From positions 1 through 16,961 of IMG/VR virus record IMGVR_UViG_3300029947_000044: 16,961 bases of DNA; one strand, 5' to 3'. The translations under genes and the position numbers were made by a program. Within the stretch, counting starts at the first letter, position 1; every line of letters begins with the position of its first letter. Source of the DNA: a virus. This document shows, piece by piece, positions 1-7,830 of the stretch. The notes below the pieces were generated by a model, which saw only the letters and a list, made by a program, of their open reading frames with translations, ran no database searches and was not told the origin of the DNA.

Positions 1-81
1 GGAACACCATATCGTCGTTCTTCCGTTGGCTGCGCAAGAGCGGCAGGCGGTCGGACGATCCGAGCCTGGACGTGCCCAGGG
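1..81. repeat. Terminal overlap, left copy (identical to 16881-16961); signature of a circular or concatemeric assembly
   Basis: Read directly: ggaacaccatatcgtcgttcttccgttggctgcgcaagagcggcaggcggtcggacgatccgagcctggacgtgcccaggg occurs at both ends. Confidence 0.95.
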
Positions 82-602
82 TGAAGAAGCCCCACGCGCA
101 TCCCAGGCCATGCCCGGACCGTTACATCGCGGCGGCGATGGAGAAGGCCACTCCGTCGGAAAAGCTCATGATCCGGCTCGCGGCCGAGTGCGGCCTTCGG
201 CGCGGAGAGATCGCCCGCGTGCACAGCGACGACGTGGTGGCCGACAGCGTAGGCCGGTCGCTTATAGTGCGCGGCAAAGGCGACAAGCAGCGCATCGTGC
301 CGCTGCCGGACGATCTGGCCGCCGTCGTGGCGGCCGCGGACGGCTATCTGTTCCCCGGCCGGTTCGGCGGGCATGCCGAGGAGTCCTACATCGGGGACCA
401 CATCAGCCATCTGCTGCCGGACGGGTACGCCGCGCACACGCTGCGCCACCGGTTCGCAACCACGGCCTACGCCGCCACACACGACCTGTTCGTGGTCGCG
501 GAACTGCTCGGCCATGAGTCCGTGGAGACCACGGAGCATTACGTGGCGATGCCGGATGGACGTCTGAGGGAGGCCACGGCGGCCGTCCGGCTCGTGGGCT
601 AA
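1..602 (+). CDS. int: Tyrosine recombinase / phage integrase, C-terminal catalytic part. It continues the ORF that starts at 16652; the whole protein is 276 aa.
   Basis: The frame starting at base 3 reads NTISSFFRWLRKSG... with no start codon and matches the frame at the right end. Catalytic signature is present: R (AECGLRRGEI), K (VRGKGDKQR), HxxR (AHTLRHRFAT), H (LLGHESVETT), Y (TEHYV). Stop TAA at 600-602. Confidence 0.9.
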   Translation, partial: NTISSFFRWLRKSGRRSDDPSLDVPRVKKPHAHPRPCPDRYIAAAMEKATPSEKLMIRLAAECGLRRGEIARVHSDDVVADSVGRSLIVRGKGDKQRIVPLPDDLAAVVAAADGYLFPGRFGGHAEESYIGDHISHLLPDGYAAHTLRHRFATTAYAATHDLFVVAELLGHESVETTEHYVAMPDGRLREATAAVRLVG

Positions 603-1486
603 TCCTCCTCCGCCTTTATGGTGATGTGCAAGCTGTCGAGCTTGTCGGCCACGGCCTTCTTGACGGTTTCCGCAATCTGGTCAGGATCAGCGCCAAGGCT
701 TTTGGCCATGGCGTCCACGGCCGCCGAGAGCGCTGTGATCTGCGCGGTGAGCTGTGGGATCATGGTGTCATGGATGCGGATCACGTCGCTGGTGGCGTCG
801 CTGATGATGTCCCTTGCCGGTCGGCCGTTTGGCAGCTTGTGCAGCCATGCGCCGTTGGTCATGCCGGTGTCGTGCAGGGCGAAAACGTCCTGGATTGCCG
901 GTGACAGGCAGTCGCGCACACATGAGCCGTTCGGCAGCTTGTGCGTCCAGATCCTCATGATGTCTTCATCGGTCAGTGCCATTTCTTTTCCTTCCAGTAG
1001 GTTGTTTGCCTTATCGATGACCTGCTGATAAGGCAGGCCGTTGGGCGCGAGATCCGGGCATGCGGCGTGGTCGGTTCCGGGAATCTCCCGGTGCAGCCAC
1101 ACGTTGCCCTTCAGTCCGTCGTGCCACAGTTTTTTCCACCCGTAACGGCGCGCGATGTCGGCGCAGAGGCGCGCGCTTGCGTCGATGCATGCCTGGGTGC
1201 AGACCGCACCGTTGGACATGCCGCCCTCGTGCTCGATGCTGATGGTCGAGTTGTTCGATACGTAATTCGCATCGGAGTAGCTGCCGTCACGCTCCGAAAC
1301 GTATTGGTGGATGGTGCCGTCGGCGCCGATGCCGTAGTGGGCCGAGGCTTGACTGGCGCTGTTGGCGAACGTCGAATCGGTGCCGGCGAGGTATCCGACC
1401 ATGATGTGCAGTGTGATGTGGGTGACGCCGTAGCCGTTCCGTCCCGTGTAGTGGTTCGGGCTTCCCTTCCAGACGATCCCGTTCAT
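599..1486 (-). CDS. Endolysin: N-acetylmuramoyl-L-alanine amidase (Amidase_2/PGRP-type) with a C-terminal two-copy repeat and a helical tail
   Basis: 295 aa. Motifs THITLH, SAHYGI, ISIEHEGG and HREI...DHAACPD are typical of the Amidase_2 Zn site. The C-terminus carries two HKLPNG..RD...DV...HDT repeats. It is the last gene of the late operon and has an ATGA overlap with the holin. Confidence 0.88.
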   Translation of the reverse strand: MNGIVWKGSPNHYTGRNGYGVTHITLHIMVGYLAGTDSTFANSASQASAHYGIGADGTIHQYVSERDGSYSDANYVSNNSTISIEHEGGMSNGAVCTQACIDASARLCADIARRYGWKKLWHDGLKGNVWLHREIPGTDHAACPDLAPNGLPYQQVIDKANNLLEGKEMALTDEDIMRIWTHKLPNGSCVRDCLSPAIQDVFALHDTGMTNGAWLHKLPNGRPARDIISDATSDVIRIHDTMIPQLTAQITALSAAVDAMAKSLGADPDQIAETVKKAVADKLDSLHITIKAEED

Positions 1487-1887
1487 CGGCCGTTTTCCTT
1501 GCTGCTGCGGAAGAGCGAGAGGATCGGGCTGTCATGGAGTTCCGGATTGATTTCCGACAGATTCTCGATGACGCTCGCCACTTCGGTCAGGACGATGTAG
1601 ACGCAAGTCGGGATGATGATCGGCACGGCGAAACCCATATCGAGGACCCGCTGGCCGTGTTCCAGAATCTCGCCCAAGGCCACGATCATGACGAACGAGA
1701 TCTTGTGCCAGAGTCCATCCCTCATTTTCTCGCTGCTGACGTCGTGGGCCTTCACGGCCTTGGCGAAGCCGGTGAGAAAGTCCATGACGACCATGATGCC
1801 GACGATGCAGAGCGCCGCTATTTCCGTTTTGTCCAATTCCTTTTCTCCTATCTTTCGATGCGCCACGCGAGAATGGCGCTGGTCCAT
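1483..1887 (-). CDS. Holin (Phage_holin_4_1 / toxin-secretion-lysis holin family)
   Basis: MDFLTGFAKAVKAHDVSSEKMRDGLWHKISFVMIVALGEIL...VYIVLTEVASVIENLSEI matches the family pattern (DxxTG..kA...k.SS..g..G..kK; E..SI.EN). The protein has hydrophobic helices and sits directly upstream of the lysin. The true start is probably TTG at 1836, preceded by AGGAGA, which would remove the 40-nt overlap with the tail gene. Confidence 0.8.
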   Translation of the reverse strand: MDQRHSRVAHRKIGEKELDKTEIAALCIVGIMVVMDFLTGFAKAVKAHDVSSEKMRDGLWHKISFVMIVALGEILEHGQRVLDMGFAVPIIIPTCVYIVLTEVASVIENLSEINPELHDSPILSLFRSSKENGR

Positions 1888-2495
1888 GTGTTCTTCTTGT
1901 AGGCGATCGTGCCCCTGAAGGCGCGAAAGAAAATCTCATCCTGGGTGATGGTGAACCCGGTGGCCGGGGCCGCCGTCGAGAGGTTATCGACGCCGGAAAC
2001 GTTGATGTCGATGCCCGCGGCCGGCCGGATGCCGGCGGGGATCTTGCAGATTCCCGTGGCCAGCCACGCCGTCATGTTCCAGTCGCCGCCGGTGCGGATG
2101 ACCTTGATCGGGCAAACGATGAGGCTGCCGGCACGTCGCGGATAGGCGGCGATGCTGAAGTCCGGGTGGCCGAATTTCAGTTCCGGCACGGCCATGTCGG
2201 TCGCGGTCATGAGCTTGACCCATGCCGAGCCGGTCCAGACATACGCGCCGTTGTTCGTGCTGGTCGTGTCGGCGGTGACATAGCCGGTCTGGCCGGTGAT
2301 GCCGGTGGTCTGCGCGAGCGTGGCGAGGGTGGTGGCGATGACGGGTTTGACGCCTTCCGGCGTGCTGCGCTTGTCCACCTGGTCGAGCGCCGTCTCGAAC
2401 GTTTCGGCCATGCTCTTGAACGAGTCCGGCGCGGATGATACGAGGTCTGAGCCTTCCGGGTACGAGAGGCCGAATATCGGTGTTGTGGCTGTCAT
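1848..2495 (-). CDS. Minor tail protein / probable tail fibre or receptor-binding protein (215 aa)
   Basis: The real start is ATG 2495, with an ATGA overlap on the upstream gene. The upstream part of track ORF 1848..3581 is out-of-frame R/P-rich noise. The N-terminus MTATTPIFGLSYPEGSDLVSSAPDSFKSMAETFETALDQVD resembles the conserved N-termini of actinophage minor tail proteins. It is the last tail gene before lysis. Confidence 0.6.
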   Translation of the reverse strand: MTATTPIFGLSYPEGSDLVSSAPDSFKSMAETFETALDQVDKRSTPEGVKPVIATTLATLAQTTGITGQTGYVTADTTSTNNGAYVWTGSAWVKLMTATDMAVPELKFGHPDFSIAAYPRRAGSLIVCPIKVIRTGGDWNMTAWLATGICKIPAGIRPAAGIDINVSGVDNLSTAAPATGFTITQDEIFFRAFRGTIAYKKNTWTSAILAWRIER

Positions 2496-3994
2496 GCTGT
2501 GGTTGTTCCTTTCGTTTGGTCGATTGTCTGGATCATGGACAGGTCGCAGATGTGCAGGTCGAGAATCTGCCAGGCGAGGTCGGGCAGGTCGGCCCATGTG
2601 ATCTGTTTGGTCAGGAGCGGTCGGAGCGCGGCCAGCGTCGCTTCTTGGGTGAGTGTGGGCGTGCCGTCGCGCCACCGGTATCGGAGCGTGCCGCCGATGG
2701 TCGTGATGGGGCCGGTGAAGGCGGGGCGTCCGTCCGAGCCGGTCAGCATCGAAGCCTTGGCCTTGACGATGAGGAACGGGCCGGACGGTGATGCTTTGTA
2801 AAGCCATGGCAGGCGGGCGGGGTCGATGCGCGTGCTGTTGAACGTGACGGTCTCCGGTACCATGCGCAAGTCGTGCGATTCGAGCCATTGCGCGATGTTG
2901 GTGCGGTCGGCGTCGGTGACGGTGGAGGTCTTGCCGCTGTTCCACACGCCGCCGGACTCGTCCACGGCGAGCATGTCGGAGTCGAGGGTGAGGCTCTTCT
3001 GCGTGGCGGTCAGCTGCGCGGGGAGCCGGTTCTGGTCGCCCATCGTTATCTCCACGTCGTCGAACGAGAGCTTGCCGTTGTCGGCCTTGACGCGTTTCGC
3101 GTTGATGACGACCTGCGTGATCGGTTCGGTGATGCTCAGATCGGTCGCCGCCTCGATGTCGGATGCCGAGAGCGCCTGGCGGGTCTCGCCGTCGGTGAGG
3201 ATCGTGAGGGTGCCGTCCGTGGACAGGTGCACGGCTATCGGGTCGGCGAGGCACAGCGGGCGGAGGGTGGACGTGCCCCCGTCGTATGTCTCGTGCCATT
3301 GCGGGAGCCGTGGCCCGGCGGTGAGCCGGTGCAGCAGGTCGAGCTGCGATGGGTGTTCCGATGCCGTGTATGGTGCGACGCTTGCGGGCAGGGCGAGGCC
3401 GTCCAGTTGCGCTTCCGGCGCTCCCTGCGCCTTGGCGCGCCGGTTGAGTTCCGCAAGCCGTGCCGACGGGGTGCCTATCCAGTGCGCGCCGTTCCATTTC
3501 GCGGCCGTGTCGGTCGGCCCTTGGGATTGCAGTCGCTTCCACATGGCCATCCTCGATGTGGCGGTGAGTTCGAGCAGCCATGAGCCGGTGGCCGTGGGCG
3601 AGACGGTGCCGCCGGTGGAGACGGTGCCGGCGAACATGGTCTCGGCGGGCGAGTCGGGCGAGTCGGGCGAGTCGGGCGAGTATGCGCGGTGCAGCGAGTC
3701 AAGGGTGATGCGCAGGTCTTCCCATGCGCCCATCGATGGTTGCAGGTCCATCCATCGGGGCTGGTTGGAGAACTGGACGATCGCCTTCATGCCGGCGAGT
3801 GTCAGTGCCTGGCCGGCGAGCCGGCCGGTCTTGTCGCGCAGGGTGAACGTCATTACGGCCGGGTCGGGCTGTTCGTCGATGGAGTCGCTGCCCCATTGGA
3901 TCGTGAACGAGTCCAGGGCTGCGATGTCCTTGGCGGCGTCGTTCACCGGCGTCCACCCGTCGCCCGTGTCGATGAGCATAAAGCATTGCTGCAT
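2492..3994 (-). CDS. Minor tail protein (distal tail / baseplate-like, 500 aa)
   Basis: Start ATG 3994 with a GAGGAGG RBS, 1 nt after the tape-measure stop. The position immediately downstream of the tape measure fits. The N-terminus (FTIQWGSDSIDEQPDPAVMTFTLRD) is siphovirus distal-tail-like. It contains an SPD x3 repeat. Confidence 0.65.
   Translation of the reverse strand: MQQCFMLIDTGDGWTPVNDAAKDIAALDSFTIQWGSDSIDEQPDPAVMTFTLRDKTGRLAGQALTLAGMKAIVQFSNQPRWMDLQPSMGAWEDLRITLDSLHRAYSPDSPDSPDSPAETMFAGTVSTGGTVSPTATGSWLLELTATSRMAMWKRLQSQGPTDTAAKWNGAHWIGTPSARLAELNRRAKAQGAPEAQLDGLALPASVAPYTASEHPSQLDLLHRLTAGPRLPQWHETYDGGTSTLRPLCLADPIAVHLSTDGTLTILTDGETRQALSASDIEAATDLSITEPITQVVINAKRVKADNGKLSFDDVEITMGDQNRLPAQLTATQKSLTLDSDMLAVDESGGVWNSGKTSTVTDADRTNIAQWLESHDLRMVPETVTFNSTRIDPARLPWLYKASPSGPFLIVKAKASMLTGSDGRPAFTGPITTIGGTLRYRWRDGTPTLTQEATLAALRPLLTKQITWADLPDLAWQILDLHICDLSMIQTIDQTKGTTTA
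3647..3681. repeat. In-frame 9-bp tandem repeat (gggcgagtc, about 3.9 copies) encoding SPDSPDSPDSP in the 500-aa tail protein
   Basis: Read directly: gggcgagtc gggcgagtc gggcgagtc gggcgagt. Confidence 0.95.
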
Positions 3995-3995
3995 G

Positions 3996-5864
3996 TCAGG
4001 ACCTCCTCGCGTCGTAATCGGCCAGAAGCCGTTTGATGGCCTTGGCGGTGCCGTCCTTGTCGATGACCTCGCCGGTGATTTCCACATTCCAGGTGTTCGT
4101 GACGGCCGGCCGGTCGACGGCAGTGGCGGCCGCGACGTTGAGCGGCATGGTCGCGAGGCGACGGTTCGCGCGATTGATGGCGGTCTCGACGTTGTCGTCG
4201 AAACCGGTGGTCAGGCCTTGCGCGAAGCCGGTCATGATGGCTTTGCCGTGCGGGACCAGGAGTCGACGGTCGTAGCTGATCGGGCCTTTGTGCGCGCTGA
4301 TCCAGTCCGTGATGCCGCTGATCCAGCCGGTCACGTTGTGCCACATCGATTTGAGGCCGTTGAGAAATCCGCTGATGATGCTTGAACCGGCGTTGTAGAG
4401 CAGGTTGCCAGCCCCGGCGAAGAAGCCGCTTATCGTGCCTGGTATGCCTCGAAACCATGAGACGACGCCGTTCCAGGTGTTGCGTGCGCCGTTCGCCGCG
4501 TTGTTGAAGACGCCTGTGATGGATCTGCCGAGGCCGGAGAAGAAGCCGGAGACGTTTTGCACGCATCCGGAGAGGAAACTGGTGAAGCTCGACCAGATGG
4601 CCTTTCCGGTGTTGGTGCAGGTGAAGAAGTATGTGAGGCCGGCCACCAGCGCGGCGATGAGGGTGATGACGATCATGATCGGGTTCGCGTTCATGACGGC
4701 GTTGAGGAGCGCCTGTGCGGTGGCGGCGAGTTGCATCGCGGTGGTGACGGCGGTCACGACGCCGACTGCAGCGCCGACGGCCGCGACGAGTGGTGTGACG
4801 AGGTCGGTGTTCTGGCTGATCCAGTCGCCGGCCGTTTTGAGCCATCCGCCGACGGTTTGCGCTGCTTGAGAGACGGTGTTGAGCACGTTGCCGAAGGTCA
4901 CGCCGGCGGGTTGTCCTCCGGTCATGGCGTTCACGACGTTCATGATGCCGTCCCACAATGATTGGAGTCCGGTGCCGACGGTTTGCGCGGCGTTCTGGAG
5001 CGAGGTGAAGGCTCCGGTGTCCTTGACCTGTGTGAAGAAGGTCTTCAACCCCTGCACGCCGGTCGTGGCGAGGTTGGTGACTGCGGTCGCGGCGGCGTTG
5101 ATGCCGCCGGTCACGGCTGGTTTGAAGAGGTTGAAGGCGTCTGTCAGTCCGCCGGTCACGGCGGCTTCGAGGTTGCCCATCGCGCCTTCGATGGTGCTTG
5201 TGGAGGTCGCGGCCTGTTTCGCGACGTCGGTCATGCCGATGTCCATCAATGCCTGATTGAACTCGTCGGCCGTGATTTCGCCTTTCGCCATGGCGTCGCG
5301 GAAGTTGCCGGTATACGCGCCGTTTTTGAGCATGGCTTCCTGGAGTTTGCCGGATGCGCCCGGAATTGCGTCCGTCAATTGGTTCCAGTTTTCAGTGGTG
5401 AGCTTTCCGGCTCCGGCGGTCTGTGTCAGAACCATGGCCACGCTTTTGAAGCTGTCGGCGTTGCCGCCGGCGACGGCGTTGAGGTTGCCTGCCGCTTCGG
5501 TCAGTTCCATGTAGTTGCCGATGCCGTTGGCGGCGAGCTGCGCGGTGGTGTTTTGGATGTCGTCGAGCCCGTACACGGTGTCGTCGGCGTATTTTCGTGT
5601 TTCCTTCGCGGCGGCCTGCACTGCTTTGGTGTCGAGGCCGGCGAAGCTCATGGTGTTCACGAATTTGTCGGTGCTGTCCGACATGTTGACGACGTCGCTT
5701 GCGAAGCCTTTGACGGTGTCCCACAGCGCGGTCACGCCTTTCACGGCCAGTCCGCCGAGAGCCGTGCCGAAGGCGGCGGCTTTGGTGGTGGTCTTCTCGA
5801 AGGCTTTGACGGCGTCGTTGGCGTTGCCGGTGATGCGCACGCTCATGATCGCGCTGTGTGACAT
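3996..5864 (-). CDS. Tape measure protein (622 aa)
   Basis: Largest ORF in the window. It is Ala/Gly/Thr-rich and helical, with a central hydrophobic block (LVTPLVAAVGAAVGVVTAVTTAM...IMIVITLIAALVAGLTYFF). It follows the G/GT chaperone pair. Confidence 0.9.
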   Translation of the reverse strand: MSHSAIMSVRITGNANDAVKAFEKTTTKAAAFGTALGGLAVKGVTALWDTVKGFASDVVNMSDSTDKFVNTMSFAGLDTKAVQAAAKETRKYADDTVYGLDDIQNTTAQLAANGIGNYMELTEAAGNLNAVAGGNADSFKSVAMVLTQTAGAGKLTTENWNQLTDAIPGASGKLQEAMLKNGAYTGNFRDAMAKGEITADEFNQALMDIGMTDVAKQAATSTSTIEGAMGNLEAAVTGGLTDAFNLFKPAVTGGINAAATAVTNLATTGVQGLKTFFTQVKDTGAFTSLQNAAQTVGTGLQSLWDGIMNVVNAMTGGQPAGVTFGNVLNTVSQAAQTVGGWLKTAGDWISQNTDLVTPLVAAVGAAVGVVTAVTTAMQLAATAQALLNAVMNANPIMIVITLIAALVAGLTYFFTCTNTGKAIWSSFTSFLSGCVQNVSGFFSGLGRSITGVFNNAANGARNTWNGVVSWFRGIPGTISGFFAGAGNLLYNAGSSIISGFLNGLKSMWHNVTGWISGITDWISAHKGPISYDRRLLVPHGKAIMTGFAQGLTTGFDDNVETAINRANRRLATMPLNVAAATAVDRPAVTNTWNVEITGEVIDKDGTAKAIKRLLADYDARRS

Positions 5865-5867
5865 TTG

Positions 5868-6304
5868 TCAGTCCTTTTGTGTTTCGTCGTTTTCCTTGAG
5901 CAGGGCGGCGATGCCGGTGCCCCAGTCGGCTTCGTCGGCTTCGTTGCGCCATTGCCATGGCGTGCCGCCGAAGCGGCTTGCCAGGAGGAAGGAGAGCCGG
6001 CCGAGCGAGCCTTGCGGCCACTCGGCTAGTCCGTAGGGTTTTCCGAATCGTCCTTGTTGGTTTCGGTCTTCTTGACGACGTCGAAGGAGGCGACGGTGTC
6101 GAGCCAATGGTCGAAGTCCGGGAGCGTGCGGCCGGCCATGCGGAGCGCCGCGTATGCCGCGTATGCGCCGCAGCGCACGGGAGATTCGGTGATGGAGCCC
6201 CAGCCGGCTTCGATGGCGTGCGCCTCGGCCTTGCAGGTCGCTCGCATCGTGATCGGTACGATTTCGGTGTCGCCGGTCGTGTAGGTGATTTGGGTGGTTG
6301 CCAT
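5868..6304 (-). CDS. Tail assembly chaperone G-T fusion made by a programmed -1 frameshift (about 145 aa)
   Basis: The -1 frame stays open from the slippery site to 5868 (...PYGLAEWPQGSLGRLSFLLASRFGGTPWQW...ETQKD). The slippery heptamer lies 3 codons before the G stop. This is the conserved siphovirus arrangement. Confidence 0.6.
6026..6304 (-). CDS. Tail assembly chaperone (G-like, 92 aa)
   Basis: Start ATG 6304 in a TAATG overlap with the upstream gene. It is small and acidic, sits directly upstream of the tape measure, and its 3' end overlaps a -1 frame ORF. Confidence 0.7.
   Translation of the reverse strand: MATTQITYTTGDTEIVPITMRATCKAEAHAIEAGWGSITESPVRCGAYAAYAALRMAGRTLPDFDHWLDTVASFDVVKKTETNKDDSENPTD
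6035..6041 (-). other. Canonical X_XXY_YYZ -1 slippery heptamer A_AAC_CCU
   Basis: The minus strand reads GAA AAC CCT in the G frame. A -1 slip gives AAA CCC and enters the T frame. Confidence 0.6.
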
Positions 6305-6690
6305 TATTTGCCTTTCACTTGTTCGAGTGTTTTGTCGATGAATGCCTGGTAGATCTGCGTCCATTGCGCTTCGGTCGATGCGACGCCGTTGTTGACGAAG
6401 AGCCGCGGCTTGATGCGGCGTTTCGGCCAGCCGTAGTTGACGGGGCCGGCGTATGGCACGGCCTTGCGGCCGGCGCGGATGACGCCGGCTCGTTTCGTCG
6501 CGCCGACGCGGAGCGATCCGGCGAGTTTGCCGGTCTCGCCGCGTGGCGCGAGGTTTCGGACGGCGGGCAGGGCGGTTTGAGCTGCCTCGCGGTTCACTTC
6601 CTTCAGGTCGTTCATGTCCGCGCCGGCCTTGCGCATCGTCTGCACGAAACGTTTCTGGCCGACGACCATCAATGCCTTGTCAGCCATCAC
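6304..6690 (-). CDS. HK97 gp10-like head-tail joining / neck protein (about 127 aa)
   Basis: APRGETGKLAGSLRVG...GRKAVPYAGPVNYGWP...PRLFV matches the gp10-family pattern (ap.dTG.L..Si.v...v.YA..vEfG...p.f). The start is GTG 6690 or ATG 6687, overlapping the upstream stop. Confidence 0.65.
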   Translation of the reverse strand: MMADKALMVVGQKRFVQTMRKAGADMNDLKEVNREAAQTALPAVRNLAPRGETGKLAGSLRVGATKRAGVIRAGRKAVPYAGPVNYGWPKRRIKPRLFVNNGVASTEAQWTQIYQAFIDKTLEQVKGK

Positions 6691-7100
6691 TCACCCGCGT
6701 AGGCCGTGTGCGCGACGTTCGTGACGGCGAAGCTCAGGTCGTTCGTGTTCTGTGATTTCACGTCGCCGCCGATGGCGATCGGCGCGACGGTGACGTTGAA
6801 GGTCCACTGGATCTTGCCGGTCTTGTTCGGCACGAATTGGGCGGGGAGTGTCTGGCCGGCATGGTCGAAGAGCCAGACGGCCAGACCGTTCTCGCTGAAA
6901 TCGTCGCCGACGGTGCCCTCGAACGTCCATGTGGTCGTGGTGTTCGTCTCCTCGCTGCCGTCGAGGTAGGTGGTGGGGTCGTCGCTGCTGTTCGACGGGT
7001 TCAGTTGCGCCTTGGTCAGGTCGGCGCTGAAGTCCCTGCCGTTGTCGGTGTCGGTGATTTTGAAGATGCCTGGGCCGAGCGTGCGGATTTTTCCGGCCAT
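6687..7100 (-). CDS. Major tail protein (137 aa)
   Basis: GGAAGGA RBS. The beta-rich sequence begins MAGKIRTLGPGIFKITD..., typical of small siphovirus tube proteins. It lies upstream of the chaperones. Confidence 0.55.
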   Translation of the reverse strand: MAGKIRTLGPGIFKITDTDNGRDFSADLTKAQLNPSNSSDDPTTYLDGSEETNTTTTWTFEGTVGDDFSENGLAVWLFDHAGQTLPAQFVPNKTGKIQWTFNVTVAPIAIGGDVKSQNTNDLSFAVTNVAHTAYAGE

Positions 7101-7114
7101 GGTTATGGTCCTTC

Positions 7115-7501
7115 CTATGATTCTGATTCTGTTTCTTCGATTTCCAAAGCGTTCAATGTGACCTGGTAGGCGGCGAGCGTGCCGCTGCCGGCCAGGCTCC
7201 AGCTCGCGGGCGTGGCCTTTTGGAGGTTCAGGCCCTTGCCGGCGAGTCGGTCGAGCGCGGCGAGGATGTCATCGATGGCCGATGACTGCGTGGCCGGCGT
7301 TCCGGCGATGACGTCCAGCGTCCATGTCGGTGTCGGAGGTCCCCATGTCGCCCACTCCACGGTCGGGGGTTCGATGAAGACCGCGACTTTGCCGGCCGTC
7401 GGGCGGACCAGCTGCGCGTCGATGCTGACGCTGCTCACGAGTCCGTCGAGCATGTCGGTGAGCGTGTCCATGAGCGCGGCGCGTTGTTCCTGGATGTTCA
7501 T
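7115..7501 (-). CDS. Head-tail connector component (tail-terminator or stopper-like, 128 aa); function uncertain
   Basis: ATGA overlap with the upstream gene. It sits between the gp6-like adaptor and the major tail protein. No diagnostic motif was recognised. Confidence 0.4.
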   Translation of the reverse strand: MNIQEQRAALMDTLTDMLDGLVSSVSIDAQLVRPTAGKVAVFIEPPTVEWATWGPPTPTWTLDVIAGTPATQSSAIDDILAALDRLAGKGLNLQKATPASWSLAGSGTLAAYQVTLNALEIEETESES

Positions 7502-7830
7502 GCGATCACCATTCCCCCGGTGAGCACGCCGGCGGCGCGGAGTTTAGGCCAGACCGAGCGGAGCGGGTCGGTGGAGATGCGGAAAGGTTCCACGGTCGAG
7601 TCGCCAACGTCCATGACGCCGAGGCGCGCGTCACGCATGTTGAACAGGTCGGCCGCGCAGGAAACGATGCAGTCGGCCAGCAGATCGTCATCCACGGTGG
7701 CGGTGCCGACGGCGCGTGCGACGTATTGGCGTGCGGCCGCGAGTTTGACCGTGAGTCTGTCGTCCTCTCCGGCCGGAACGCCAACCTCGTCGCGGAGCCG
7801 TTGCATGAGGGTGTTGTCGGCGATCATCAT
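7498..7830 (-). CDS. Head-tail adaptor (phage gp6-like connector, 110 aa)
   Basis: ATGA overlap with the capsid gene stop. The N-terminal pattern (ADNTLMQRLRDEVGVPAGEDDRLTVKLAAARQYV) is typical of gp6-like head-tail connectors. It lies directly after the capsid gene. Confidence 0.6.
   Translation of the reverse strand: MMIADNTLMQRLRDEVGVPAGEDDRLTVKLAAARQYVARAVGTATVDDDLLADCIVSCAADLFNMRDARLGVMDVGDSTVEPFRISTDPLRSVWPKLRAAGVLTGGMVIA

Noticed and set aside
1-81. The 81-nt terminal repeat as a biological direct terminal repeat, LTR, or att duplication of an integrated element.
   Set aside because: The repeat lies in the middle of the integrase coding sequence and simply closes the ORF in frame. 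That is what a circular contig written with an assembly overlap looks like. Real termini cannot be inferred from it.
26-517. A long plus-strand ORF (163 aa, Arg/Pro/Gly-rich) and many similar track ORFs. Examples: 3943..4956, 5392..6021, 4962..5861, 8289..9476, 9732..10139, 11471..11998, and the 5' parts of 1848..3581, 2492..4087 and 10569..12104.
   Set aside because: These are typical off-frame or antisense open frames of high-GC DNA. They are extremely Arg/Pro/Gly/His-rich, lack an RBS, and fully overlap ORFs with clear family motifs.
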